Below, piece after piece: positions 22,143 through 35,481 of a stretch of DNA of 64,000 bases. The translations under genes and the position numbers were made by a program. Where the stretch lies: the NCBI GenBank assembly GCA_017654855.1, contig CM030332.1, positions 620,001 to 684,000 on the forward strand, written 5' to 3'. This stretch comes from Podospora anserina (Eukaryota). The first letter of the stretch is position 1. Each line of letters starts with the position of its first letter. Under the pieces are notes generated by a model that was not told where the DNA came from, ran no database searches, and saw only the letters and a list, made by a program, of their open reading frames with translations.

Positions 22143-25100
22143 GTCTTCCTCCGAATCCACCGAGCAGCAGCCCCCAGATGACACCAAGTAATAATGACTG
22201 GAGAGAGGGAAATAATGCCGTGTCAATCAATCAATCAATCAAGCTACGGAAAAAAGCGTGGACAGGGCAGGCACCAAAACAAACAAAAGGGCGGGGGGGG
22301 CAAGAGGGGAAGTGATTGATTGAATGGTTGCAAAATGTCTAATTCGACGTCGAGCGGCGCGGGTGTGGGATAATTAGACGCGGGCGCGGGCCTCGTTGAT
22401 CGGGTCTCCCGTCTCGGTCGCGCGCGGGGTTGATGGTGGTAATTGTTAATGGGTGGTCGCAGAAGTAAGGGGCGACTGAGATGCTGTGACGGATGTTGTG
22501 ATGAGTAAAGAGGAGGGGAGGTGGTTGGTGTAGGTTGGGCTGTCGGAGAGGGGTGGTGTGGTGGTGGTGGCCGTGTGTAGGTGGTGTGTGTGGCCGGTAA
22601 AATGGACGGATGGATGGATGGCCAAGGAGAGGATAAAGGGGGGGAGGAGGAGGAGGAGGAGGAGAGGAGACGAGGGGAAATCCAGGAATTCAAATGGGTG
22701 TGGTGGGATGATCTGATGGGGATGCTTCCCTCGATCTTCGTTCCCGGCGGTGCGCACCACCGTGTTGCTGGGTCCCTGGGTGGAAAGGGAAGAAGCACTA
22801 GGCGGGAGGAGGGGCCACTACGGAGTACTACCTGCTGGCGCACGCACCAAGGCACGAACGCCTAGCCACTGATTCAGCCTCACTCCCAGTTGATGGGCGC
22901 CATGTGTGGGGGAGAAAAGAGGGGGCGACAGGGGTGGTGTCCAGCCAGTCAGCCGTCTGCGTCCGCGAATCCGCGTTCGTCAGCCACACCACAGTCCGGG
23001 TTGATTGGACAAAGGCCAGCCATCAGCTGCTGTAAGTAATTGCTGCTTTGCGTGTGCTTCTGCAGCACAGATGGATTGACTACAATGGCCATGGCTGGCC
23101 AGTGCTGAAGATATGTATCAGTGATAGTAGATAGTAAGTATGCTCCTGTGTGTAGCCATCGCCGGTTGCTCCGCCAGCACCCTGCCAGACGTTTTACAAA
23201 AATTGGCTCAACCCGGCCTCGGAATATCCGACCATACCGGCGGTCAAGAAGCAAAAGGAAGAAAAAGATGGAAAAAGATCTGGCCCCCTGACTACACTAC
23301 AGAAGAGTCGATAGCGCCAGCGATCCATGATTCGACGGGTGGATCTGCCGGCTCCGACAGCATGTTCCCGCGATTTCTTCAAGATGGCACTAGTTGTAGC
23401 AACAGGTGAAGAAAATGATGGCCGGTTGCGGTTGCAACGGGGATCGGTGATCTCTGCAAAACAGCAAAGCTCTTTGGGCTGCTGGCGTGTGAAACATGCA
23501 CGCGCTTGGGTCCTTTAGGGTTGGATTCTGTTTCCGTTTTTGTTTTCTTGCTGTTTTTAGCCCGCCAGGGACCATGACACCGCTCTCTTCAAAAGCCCAA
23601 CGTCTCCGCTTGCTAGCAACTGCAAAGTTTGACCGCATCTTCAAAACGACCGAATACAAAGTCAAAAAAAAATCAACGCTTCTCTTTTTGCACACTTGAG
23701 AAGAGAGAGAGACAACATGGCCGTGCAGGAAACAGGAAGGTGCTCCGCTTCCTGGAGTATATGCAATGTAGGACAGCTCAGACAGCTCAGACACCTCATA
23801 CAGCAGCAGCAAAGACAAGAGTCTAGCCAGCCGACCAAGCAGTGTTTCTCAATTGCTAATACTATTACCGGAAACATGGAACTTCCCCATGGTTTCATCA
23901 AGAGCGGTCAAAGTACCACTACTCCGTAATTACTCGCCGTTCTCGTCACCTTGCACAGATTGCGCGTTCATCCGGAGGCGTCGTTTGTGGTGAACTGACG
24001 ACGGCGGTATCTGCCCCTGGAGGTGAGCATTGAGGTGCCATGGTGGAACGAACACATTGAAGGAACCCCGCACCGCCGAAGCCGGTGGCGGGCACACAAC
24101 GCACCGGGGAACGTGCGATAACTTCCCCTCGTCTTCCTCGGACCCCTCAAAGCTCCTCCCCCTCCACACGGATATGGTGTTGTCGTTGTGGGTTGCGCCG
24201 TGTCGGTGTGGGCGAGCTGCAGTTTGGTTGGCTTCTTTGCGCGCCCAGCCGCCCATCCGCCGCCGCCGCCGCCTTCTCGATCTGTCTGCTTCCAAACATG
24301 TTGCTTGCTGTTCCCATGAGCGTCACCGCCACGGCTCGACGGCACGACCCGAGTTTGAGCCAAAAACCCCGCATCTTGTCCTCCTAGCATCCTGAGTGTT
24401 GTCTCTGTTTTTTTTCTTTTCTGCGCGTTGCTCTAGGATGCGAACTGGGGGTGGAGAAAACCGGGGGAGGAGGCGGGACAGGATCCACGGATTGTCTTCC
24501 TTCTCGGTCGGCGGTGAACACCAACGGTGAAGGTGGGGCTTTTACCCGGCCGGGGCCCCTGCCGAGAATGGATGGGTGGGCGGTCAAGTCCCAAGTTGAG
24601 AAGATGACCCAAGCAAAGGCGGTGGCCGGATCTCCTTCCCTGCCTGATACGGATGCTCAAAACACTGCCCTTCCCCTTGCCAGCCGGTGAAGAACTTTTC
24701 CCCCTCTTCGTGGAAGCTTTATAACGGCTTGCACGGCTCGCTATCTCGCCGGTGGCTGGAACGAGTTAAACGAGAGCAGGAATAGAGAAGGAGACACAAG
24801 CAGATAGAGTATCATTGGACCGACCGTTGGCCCAGCACACTTGGTTGCTGCAGTTGAAACACCCAACGTTGGACTTGATTGACCTGCCCTCCGCGGTTTC
24901 CATGCATCGCCCCGGCCATGGGTGACGTCGGCGATAAAAATTGAAAATAGAGATAGATGTGAGATGAGAGGGACAAAGGAGCTGTGATAATGCGCATTCA
25001 ATGCACATTGCATAATGGACCATGAGGAAAAGGTCTGGATGCAAGCTTTCCCCCTTCATAGTTCTCCCGTCCTTCAGATCGCGACGAAAGCTACCACTAG

Positions 25101-28100
25101 GTAGCAAATAGCTGCGAAAGAGAAGGAATCATACAGTTGCAACAAGCAACAATCAAGAGGGTCAAAGAGCATATAGCTCTTCAAGACGTAAAGGAACTTG
25201 CTTGCATTGTTTGTCCACTGGGACGACGGCTCACCCATGGGCTTATCCTGGCCAACGCAAGTCCTAAGAAGTCTTTCCATGGGCCTACTGCTTAATATTT
25301 CTTGCCAATGTCAGATGACTAGGTGCCGGCCCTGGAGCCCAGAGAACTTATAACAGGCCGAATAAACTTGTAGGTAGACAGTCCATGATGGTTGATGATG
25401 AGCTGACCTGAATCCTAGTGGCGGAGGGGATACGCCGTTCTCCATAGATCATGGCAATGTTGTCGTCTCGAAGCTGAAACAGAGAAATAGAACAAGCTCT
25501 AGTCCTCTGATTATAACCGGCCCCTGGTGTGAAGCGAGACCAATTTCTCTCGGGATGTCTGAAGTCCTAAATCTTGAAGACTCCTGGTGGGCGACACACC
25601 AGAGGTATGTGGCAGCCTGGATGGTGGTAGAGTTGTTTTATCTGATGGGTTCTATGAATCAGCAGCGCTGACTCCAGATATATCATGACTTGTGGTAGTT
25701 CAGCCCTGTCTGAACCCACCGATGACATAACCAGTCACTCATGAGTGGTCGCTCTCGAGTCCCGATCTACTCCCAAACAAGGAACTCGTCGCGAAGTGAT
25801 AGCAGGCAGAGTGATGAGGCAGAAGCAGATTGTGTTCTCTAATTGGTGAGAATTTCAACCGCGAATCCTAGCCCAGACCTCGCAGATGCTTGCCCTCGGG
25901 GAGGGAAGGACCGCAGCCCGCCTCAAAAGCGTATTCCGCATTTGCCTTGCTTCCGAATGGCTGCTCCTTCGCGCACAATGCAAATCCACTGGTGATGTTG
26001 GAGCTAGCGGGACATCGGCTGAAGTGAAATACTTGGTCCAAGATTCCTGTCAACACGTCTCTGTGCCTGACGAATTGGGATCGACGTATCCTTAGAGCCT
26101 TCCTTCTCCCAGCATGATCCTCCGTTGGGGCTCGGGGGGTGTATATAAAGCATTCCCAAGCTAAGCAGCCGCTTTCTCCGAGAGAGTGCCTGGACCCTCT
26201 CCTATCGCTGGACCGTCACACCGTCGCCCAACTGCTTTGATCCTGAAAGAAGCACGCCGCACACGTCTGACATACGAAGAGCTGTATGTTGAAAAGAAGA
26301 CTCATCCTCTCACGTCATGCGCGACACACTGTTGCTTCTCTGTGCTTGGTGTGTAGATTCTCGAGGTTGCTTGCCACGTAGGGGAAGTTGAACTCTGGTA
26401 GAGAAGAGCACTTGACAGCGACCACACAACATGACAACTTCGTGTTCCCCGATACGGCTGTGTTCTGATCATGTCCATCACCTGAACTTGACAGAGCGCT
26501 TTTCCCAAGTACCTTCAAGTACCCTTGGTGTCTTCCCCGCAATCGGCAGGGCCTCGTCGATGTGACTGATCACCTCATACGTCCTCGTTGCCGCTGCCGA
26601 GGAAATCTAGAACTCCCAGAAGGCGGGGTTTCTGTTACCATAATCAGCGTCCGGACACAAACTAGAGAGGGGTCGCGGTGGCAATAATCGTACCGCAGAG
26701 GTTCAAAGCCCGGTGACCGCGGCCAAGTTCACCAGCCATGTCGATCCCATATGGGCACTGGGAGGCGTCCGTTGGTGATGAAGAAGTTGGACAGGAAATG
26801 TGCTCTGCATCCAAGCTGAAGCCAGATCGGCCAACCAGAAAGGAAAGACGGGGTGTTTCGCCGTCTGCAGCAGTCCTCGTGACTATCAAAGCCCCAAGGA
26901 CTTTTCAGGGAAAGCTTTGCCGTCAGGTAGAAAGCGTCTGAGGACTCCGGGGAGGGTTTCGACGTTCCTAGTCCCAACGGTCCCATAGCGTTCAAAACAC
27001 ATACTTTAGGGAGCTCCCAAGCAGATCGTCAGTCGCTCGCCATAGTCTTAGACCCTCCCTTATCCATTGCCAGATAGCAACTGGCTTGATGGCCTAGTGG
27101 TAGCGAAGCCGTTATCAGGGAAGGACTCGCCACAGCGGTATGGCACGACAGGACAACGGCCCGCTTGCCGCTGTCCGCTCTCGGAGTCAGCTTATCGCTG
27201 GTTGGGCTGCGCTCTCGGGGTGTCTTGACCCATCTGCGGACGACGGCTGTTGACAAATGGTGACTTGAGGTGCTCTTGGACATGCCGGGAGAACGGAAGA
27301 CGAGATGAGGAGGATGACCAAGACTCTCTTGACTCTAGGCTGTCGATTTGGCGGCGTGTCGGTGAGCTGGGGGGTCTTTCCTTGGATGATGCGCGCGGAA
27401 CAGCCTATCAATTCGCCTCTTGACCGCCAGTCAGACTGTGCGAATCGTGGTTTGATCATGAGCAAGGCAGGCCTGCCCTGGGATCATATCCAATGTTTTG
27501 AACAGACAAAGCTGGCCGGGTTTCAGTCGGACCGGTACGGTAATGGGTCGGTGACATGCGCGGCCTTGTCCACGGCACGGGAAAAGAAAGGATCATGGAT
27601 CCCGGGAGCTCTTTGGCATTATCTGCTTGCCACGCTGGAGGAAGGAGATAATGGCAGGCTGTTGCTATCCTGAACCCTGTGCTTTGCATCAGCGACGCCA
27701 GAACAAGGCACCAAACGGTAATGATGCAACCACATCGTCGGGGCATATGCAGGAGAAAGGCGTCATAGAAGAGATAAATTGCTGAAAAGATTAGACATCA
27801 TGGCCCCGCTTGGATGGCCCGCCTTTCGAGTTGTGGTAGATGTCGATATTACCTGCCTGTATGCCCGGGGCATACCCACGCCGAGCCTGGATTTGGACCT
27901 GGGGGTCTGGGAGCCCGGGGGTCTGAGAGGCAGTCTCACAGTTTATCCAGAAAAATGCCACTTTTCGCCGCAGGAAAAAAGCCCTTGAATGCGCATCATC
28001 CAGATCGACCGCATCTGCCGGAGCTGCACTGCTGCTTCCCCGAGCCATGCTCTCCGGGCCGGGGGTTGGGTTCCATTGTTCCATCACAGCAGACCTTCGC

Positions 28101-31100
28101 TTGCTGGGTGCTCCCCAATTTGCAGAAGCGAATGAATTCTCTTCCACATCATCTCACCACCCAACAGCACCACGACAGCCACGATGCCCGCGCCAACCCC
28201 TCCCACTTGCTGCCCCGAGGTCGCTATGACGTTAGCGGGCCCTTGTACACAATGCATCAGATGCGGGTGGATTGCAAGTCGACAGGACATGGCCATGGGA
28301 CGGCATTGCGTGCAGTCAGAGAAATGAGCGAGTGCGTGGCGGGGAGGGGCGGTCGCAGAGAGCTTGAAGAACTTTGCAACCCCTCGATTCGGCTCTGAGG
28401 TGGCAGTATTATTATTAGTGTGCCGCTTGATATCGGTTCTGCGCGTGCTGGTAGCGCACTCCAACAAGGACCGCGGGATGGGCCAAGATGCCCTTGGTTG
28501 AGACCGGCGTCAATCTCAGCAACATGGCTCTGGTGAGAATTTCAATTCCGGATGAATGGTCGACAAAGGGGAGGTAGCAGTGACGTGCTGCACGAACACA
28601 ATGCTCATCATTGCCCGGTTGGACAGCTGAACCCAAGGCAATCCAGGGCGATGATGCTCTGGGTGTCTGGCTGGCTCTTCTCGAACCAGGTGTCAATATT
28701 TCTTGTCAACACATTGCCGACGATATGCCGGCCCGATGAGGTCTGGGCACGCAGAAAAGAGGTTGCCATTATACGTGTGATGGCGAGGAGGATGCTGCAG
28801 CGTTGTAGTAAAGCATGATCCCAACGATAACATATCGAATCCCATGGGGGTTGGCGTAGTGCAAGTCTGGAAATAGAAGTGCGAGATAGCAGGGTGTGCA
28901 TTCTAGAAGGCCTTGTCGTTGCTTTTTCTGAAGAACCGAAGTAAAGTACCTAGGTAGGTACTCAATCATCCCACGTCAGTGAACCTACCTATTCGCGACT
29001 GCCTTCCGTCCCGAGTTCACCAGAACAGGCAGGCAGCACAGACCACTCAGCCCGCAGACACTCAGCGAACCCTAATAACCGGGCCGGCAGAGTGGAAGAG
29101 CACTTTAAACTAACTTCTGACTGAGTGCCCGAAAGAATTATTTGCTCCCACAATATCCAAGTGTTTCTTGTCCTCTTGATGTAACACTTGGGTTTTAGCT
29201 GCAGAAGGAGTTGCAGCCTTGTTATTTTTACAAATTTCTTATCAGCAAGGCATCACGATATCTATGTGTGCCAACGCTTCAAAACGCATCCCGTCTCGCG
29301 GAAACGCCGTCATGACAAGCCCGAATTAGATACGCCAGCACCATAGCAGTTTGTACAAGTCACAGAAAGTACATGTGTCTACTGGGAGACGGTGGATGGG
29401 AAAGGAGAGACGTTGGGTGAGTGCGGGATGGTTCTTGGCATATCGCTGGCCGCAACCTCATCCCCACATACCCCAACTCATATACACACCACACACCTCT
29501 AATTTATTCATCGTCAGAGAGACGGCGCGGGATGTTTTCCAGCTTTGTGGGGATGCGTGTAGCAAGTCGTCTTCACTCGGGAGATCGTCACGCAATCCGT
29601 TAGGTCACACATCGCGAACTATGGGGGGAATAAGAAAGTTCGCCGCCGGTGAGCGCCCTTCCGGATCGCCAACGATGTGGCGCCTGCTTCGACGCCATTG
29701 AACGGCAACGAACGGGACGCTCCGTTGGATTGCGACATGAGTTGTGCCAGGTGGGCCCACCTGACAAAACACAGTCACCAGCTTCACCAAGGTATGTACA
29801 CACCATTAGACCTTGTCTTGAGATTTATCATATATGCGACAAATGTAGTGCTATATTTGCACCTACATCACACCCAGCAGAGTAGTTATACCTATGTGGC
29901 TCAGCCGACTGGTTGACACTTGGCCATCCAAACTCGGCTCTTCTGCTCGAGACTGGACATTGGCCGGCACCCCAGTCCGACGCTTTGGACTCGAATTCCA
30001 TGATGCTGCCACTCACTGCCACTCTGATGTCTTCAGGGATGAGACAATGACCTGATCCTGATCCTTTCTACGAGTGGATGCTGCCCCTGAGAGCAACAAC
30101 TTTGCGGAGGCTCAGCAGCACTCGGCTTCGGTCAGGCTCGACTCCCCCGGCCTGTAGGGGCCCGAATTCTCCTCGGCCGTTGTGACGTCTGGTCCACATG
30201 GCGGCCCGTGTAGGGCGGTCGAATTTGACGACGTCCCTGAGCGAGACGTGGTGAAACAACAGTCTCTCGCGTACCGAACCCGAACATTGAACACGCCAGC
30301 AACTGTCTCCTGAGCAGAAAGATGTGTCTTTTTCTTCTCGCCAACCAGGAGAGCCACGGTTCGTCAACATCACAGATATCGTGCAACCACCTTCGTCGTT
30401 TACGGACCTGAAGATCTTCGGCCTACTCTTTTCTTCTGTCTCTTCTGCACGGCATTTGCTCTGAGCAGGGGCATAGTTTGATCCCGATGTCCATAGTTGG
30501 CAAGCGCTGCGGGTCATAACAGGGGCTATGCTCAAATCAAAGAGTTCACCAGGCTCAAAACTTGATCGTCGACACGCGGTATCGTCGCAGAATGTTATTG
30601 ACAGCGCATGACGAAGCCAGCCCTAAACCAGGCCTTGTTCTCACCGAGGCATGGCAGGACGGCCTTGACCGAATTGAAGCATGTCAACTATGAGGTGCAA
30701 ACCAATCCTTACTAGCAGCGTTTCGGGTGGCAGCCGTTTATACAACAGGGGGCGCATCTGCTCGACCCCGATTAGTCTACACGGCCGCCAGCATACGCGG
30801 ACCGCTCAAGATCTTGTTCGGATGCAAGGTGTCTTTCCGTCATCACGGCAGTGGCCGGGCACTTCGTACCTGCATGAGAGATGGCCATCGACACTTGTTG
30901 GGGCTTTCACCCTCAGTATGGACCCGCCCCCATCCACAAAGACAGGACGAAACGAAGCCCACGTCAACTGTCGTCACTATAGTCGGCTGCCCTAACGACA
31001 CCCACGTCAAACATCGCCTGCCAGCACGCCAACGCAAAGATGGATGATATGATGAAGCCACATCTCGCTGCGTGGGTTATCCCGACAACCGAGGGTGCTT

Positions 31101-33804
31101 TGAAGGGGACCTACCTCTTTAACGACGGGATGATGTTGTGGCCCGTGCTTCCGTATTGCCAAAATTGGCGGAGCAATGGATCGCCGGCTCGACCGTTCTC
31201 CGTTCACGGCCAAGTGGGCTCCCGTTGGACCACCCTCGATGACATCCTTGAAGACGGTAGGGTTTAGGACCCATCTCGGACAAGGAGTAGACCCTGTTTG
31301 ACCTAATTTGTACCCGCTCTCCCCCGCCCATCAAAGGCTTTCGCCCGAGGCCGGTTCCCAAAGAGGTAGTCGATAACGTTGAATCTCCAGCACCAATGTC
31401 CCTTCACCATGTCGGGCCCGTGCCATACATATCCAAGGCCGGCAGCATGTCGTTTCGAGTCTTTCCGGCCCCGTCCCTCGCCGTGCTCCCCCAGGTGTGC
31501 ATTCCGGGCAGGTAATTTCATCACCGCCGACGGATTGGATGTCGACTGCAACACCAGCGTTGTAGAGACCGTGGGGTGGATCGTCAAAGGAACGCCAAGT
31601 ACTCCAGAAAACAAACGGTTCTCCGTTCCAGACCTCCACACCTGGAGCCGCGGTGTTCATCTGATGATTCGATGATTCGTCGCTTGTCAACGTCGGATTT
31701 CCTGCGCTCCGCAAATGACTAATGACATATGAACCTCCAACCTGTGTTCACAGCGAACGCGAGCTTTCACCAACAAGATTGCCGGCTCTATCCATTGAAC
31801 AAGGCCATCAGCAACAAAGTGCAAGCCGGTCATTGCCGAGAAGGCCGGGAGATCGATCGCCCACAACCCGGTTGTCGATTGAACCTTGGCCGGTGTGGAG
31901 CAACCAGCTCCGAATATGATTGCTCAACAGCGGACAGAACTCACGCCAATGGCCGCATTCCGAGTCCCTCCGCCATGTGATAGGTATCTCTAGCAGCCGC
32001 CAACACAGCAGCAGGCCTCTGATTATCACAGCGAGTTGATTGCCAAAGGAAGATAGAGGGTCTGGCCCACGGCGGGGCGCTCATTGGCCACATGCTGTGC
32101 TCTAACAGCAAGCGCAGACTTGTTAGGCGCAAGCGCTGACGGTGGAGAGCTCTCACCACAACCAGCGCGTGCCTCTCTCTCCCCCCCGTTGCTGGGGATG
32201 GACAGGCGCGGCGATCCAAGTGTACTCCCCCGCTGACTGCTACTGGTCAAGAAGAACAGCAGCCTGCCCACGCATTTTGTACGGCCCAGTACCAGAGTGT
32301 ACATGTGCTCTTGACGGAATCTCTGGTGGATCACGCCTCCACATCCCCGTCCAGCCCATTTTTTTAAAGCCTCAAAATCACCCCTCGCTCGCGCAAGCTC
32401 GGCGATTTTGGCGGGGTGCTGCAGCGTGTCCAGACCTCAGGGAGCTTGGCTTGGCAACGCTCCGTCCCTTTAACCCATGTCACCAATGGCAAAAGTTTCG
32501 ACGTTCGCCAAAGGCCAAAACAGAACGATATCTCTGAAGCGTGAGATTGAGGACAGAATGTACAGCCATGGAAACATATCACTACGCATGGGCCCGCTTC
32601 TGGCGCACTCTAAAAGCATTCGAATAAAATTTCAAAAATCACTTCTTGGGGTTAAACCCCCGGTGGCATCCATTCCTCACGGCTGCACCCCCCCTCTCCA
32701 GCATGCAGCAATACCCCCAAAAAGGGCCCTTGCCTCAACACCCCCCCTGGCAGGCCATCACTCTAGGTACACCCCCCCTTGGCTGGTACCGGCACGCTTG
32801 GCTGGCTACAAAAAACTACCAAAGCAATTGCAGCTATGGGTCGTTTTTCTAATGTGCATGGGTTCTGCAGTTGTGCACCTTGTTGTCTTTGTCTGGCGTT
32901 CCACTTCACGTCGAGGGTGCGCAACAAAACCAAAGCCCCCTTCCAGTCCGCTTGAGCAGCTAATACCCTACGAGGTACGATGTACGGGGGTATCTGCTGC
33001 AACTAAGTATTGCCTCCAAGATTGGCTTCCACCTCCATCGTGGACCGAGTACCTTTCTGCATGGGCTCCTGCCGGGCAGTTGCCGACGCCCAGTACATGG
33101 ACGGTACCCTCCATCTCTCTTGCTGCTGCCACTCCTCTGAGCAAAAAAATCTCGCCTTCTCATTTGTTCCTCTTCCTTGTCAAGGAAGCTCTGTCAAAGT
33201 TGACAGAGAGTACCACGTCCCTGATGCGTCGCCAGTCTCCTCCTGCCTCGCTTCTTCTCGTTCTCCCCCCCTCTGGCTATATATGCCGGCACTCCCTCCC
33301 CGAGCCTAGACCCGGGGATGTCTTCCCGCCGCGTCTTTGCTTTTTTGTCCTTGTCTTCTTCCAAGAGGCCAATTGGTTCATGCCATGGCTTTGTTTCCTT
33401 GACGTTACCCCGTCTTGTGTGTATACTATCTTGGGCATCCTCGTCGACGGCAACAACAACCTTGTTGTGCCAGCGGGACTCGCCTGTGCCGGTCGTTTTG
33501 TTTGATTTCAGTCGCTGTCCCAGAACACGGGCAGGCTCCTACCGCCCGAGAGCAAAACCTTCAAGGCTGGAGAAAGCTCGAATCTCTCCCCTACAACCCC
33601 TCGACGTTCATGACACGGCCGTGCCGTTTCTCGGTCTCCACCACCCGCTCTCCTCCCGCTTCCCTCCCGACTGGGCTCCGCCCCGGCCTTGTTGCTGAAA
33701 CCTCGACGTTCTAAAACGAAACATTGCCCTACCACCCACCTCGATCTCGCAGCTTGGCGAGACCTGTCACCAAACCTTCAAAACCAGACCGGACTTGGTC
33801 TGCC

Positions 33805-33813
33805 TATATAAAA
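33805..33813 (+). promoter_or_regulatory. TATA box of the GT2 gene
   Basis: TATATAAAA about 60 bp upstream of the ATG at 33869. Confidence 0.65.
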
Positions 33814-33868
33814 GCAGCCAAGAATCCCCCGTCTCCTGTCTGGATCTCACTCGCTTCAAAAAACCAGC

Positions 33869-35481
33869 ATGCCTGAGCTTATGGATCTCCTAATTCCAAG
33901 GCTAGATTTCCTCTGGTCTGTGAAGTTTTGGGCCATTTTCCACACAATCCTCTGGTAGGTTGACATGCCACTATTCTTTTTTCTTTTTTTTTTTCTTTTT
34001 TGACTCCTGCAGGAGCTGACTCGGCACAATTCCAGGCTTCATCGTTATGTCCGCCTGATTGTCCACTGCATCAGCCACTGGACATACAAATCCATAGTTC
34101 CGAACTGGGAGAAACCGAGATACACATCAAACGATGTCACAGTTATTATCCCAACAATTCACAACCGTCCGCAAGAGCTTCAGCCGTCCCTGGAAAGCAT
34201 CCTTGCCTGCAGACCCGCCAAACTGATTCTGGTCACCACCTACAAGAAACACAATGCGCTGGAAGAGGCTGCTTCCGCCCTCCGTGGGGTGAACAGCACA
34301 CACCCGACCGTCATCGAGGTTCTGCACGTCGACAAGGCCAACAAGCGGCTGCAGGTGTGCAGGGCGCTCGAGGGGGATCATGTTCAGACTCCCATCACGG
34401 TTATGGCTGATGACGACGTAGAATGGCCGTCGACTCTCATGCCCTGGCTACTGGCGCCGTTCGAGGACGACAGGATGGGTGGAGTTGGCACGTGCCAGAG
34501 AGTGAAGCGGGTGGGTGGTGACTTGACAACGCGCATCTTCAATTGGCTCGGCGCAGCCTACATTGAGAGGAGGAATTTTGAAATCTCAGCGACCCACAAT
34601 ATTGACGGCGGGACCTCTTGCATGTCGGGGCGCACTGGTGCCTACCGAACCGAGATTCTCAAGAGCTACGACTTTTTGGGCGGGTTCAAGAATGAAAAAT
34701 GGGGCAAATACATCCTGAATGCGGACGACGACAACTACGTGACACGATGGCTTGTGGCCCAAAAGTGGAAGACCTGGATCCAGTACGAAAACGAATGTGA
34801 GATTGAGACGACGCTCGAAAACGGCTTCAAGTTCTTATATCAGTGTTCCCGCTGGGCGAGAAGCAATTGGAGGAGCAACTGGACCAGTCTTGTGCATGAA
34901 AGACACGTGCTTACGTATGACAACACCCCCCTTTTATCTCTTCACATCCCAAACTGACTCAAGCCCCCCACAACAACAGTCAGCAACTTTGGTGCACATA
35001 TGCGCTTCATATCGCAACGTTTACTTCGCTTGCCTTTGTCGTCGATCCCCTTCTGCTCTTCTCGTGCTGGTGGGCGACGGAGAACTGGGAGCTCAGGAGC
35101 CGCTATATCCTACTCGCTGCAGAAATAATATTCATGTTTTGCTTCACGAAAGTGGTAAAACTGGTTGGGCTGTTCCGCAGGAATCCGAGTGACATCATGT
35201 TCCTGCCCGTGTCCATTCTGTTCGGTTGGTTCCACGGGTTCATCAAGCTGTATGCGCTGTTTACGCTCAAGCAGACGTCGTGGGGCAGTCGTGAGGATGG
35301 TGACGAGCACAACCAGTTCCGTCTCCAAGAGAAGCCGGTCCGCAGCCAGGCCATGGCCATGCCGGGCGGGCCAGATCTTCTCGAGTCGGTGCGGCACACG
35401 GCCACCTCCCAAGCCCGCCGGGCTTCCTATCTGGCGCAGAAGCACGAGTTTAGCGGGTGCATGGTGGACGAAGTGTTGTAA
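33869..35481 (+). CDS. Processive glycosyltransferase family 2, CPS1/fungal GT2 polysaccharide-synthase-like; exons 33869-33954, 34036-34914, 34980-35481
   Basis: Introns 33955-34035 (GTAGGT...GCTGAC...CAG) and 34915-34979 (GTATGA...CTGAC...CAG) give one uninterrupted frame. Motifs DVTVIIPT, ADDDVEW (DxD), CMSGRTGAYR, ADDDN, QCSRW (QxxRW), C-terminal transmembrane segments and TSWGSR. Confidence 0.92.
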
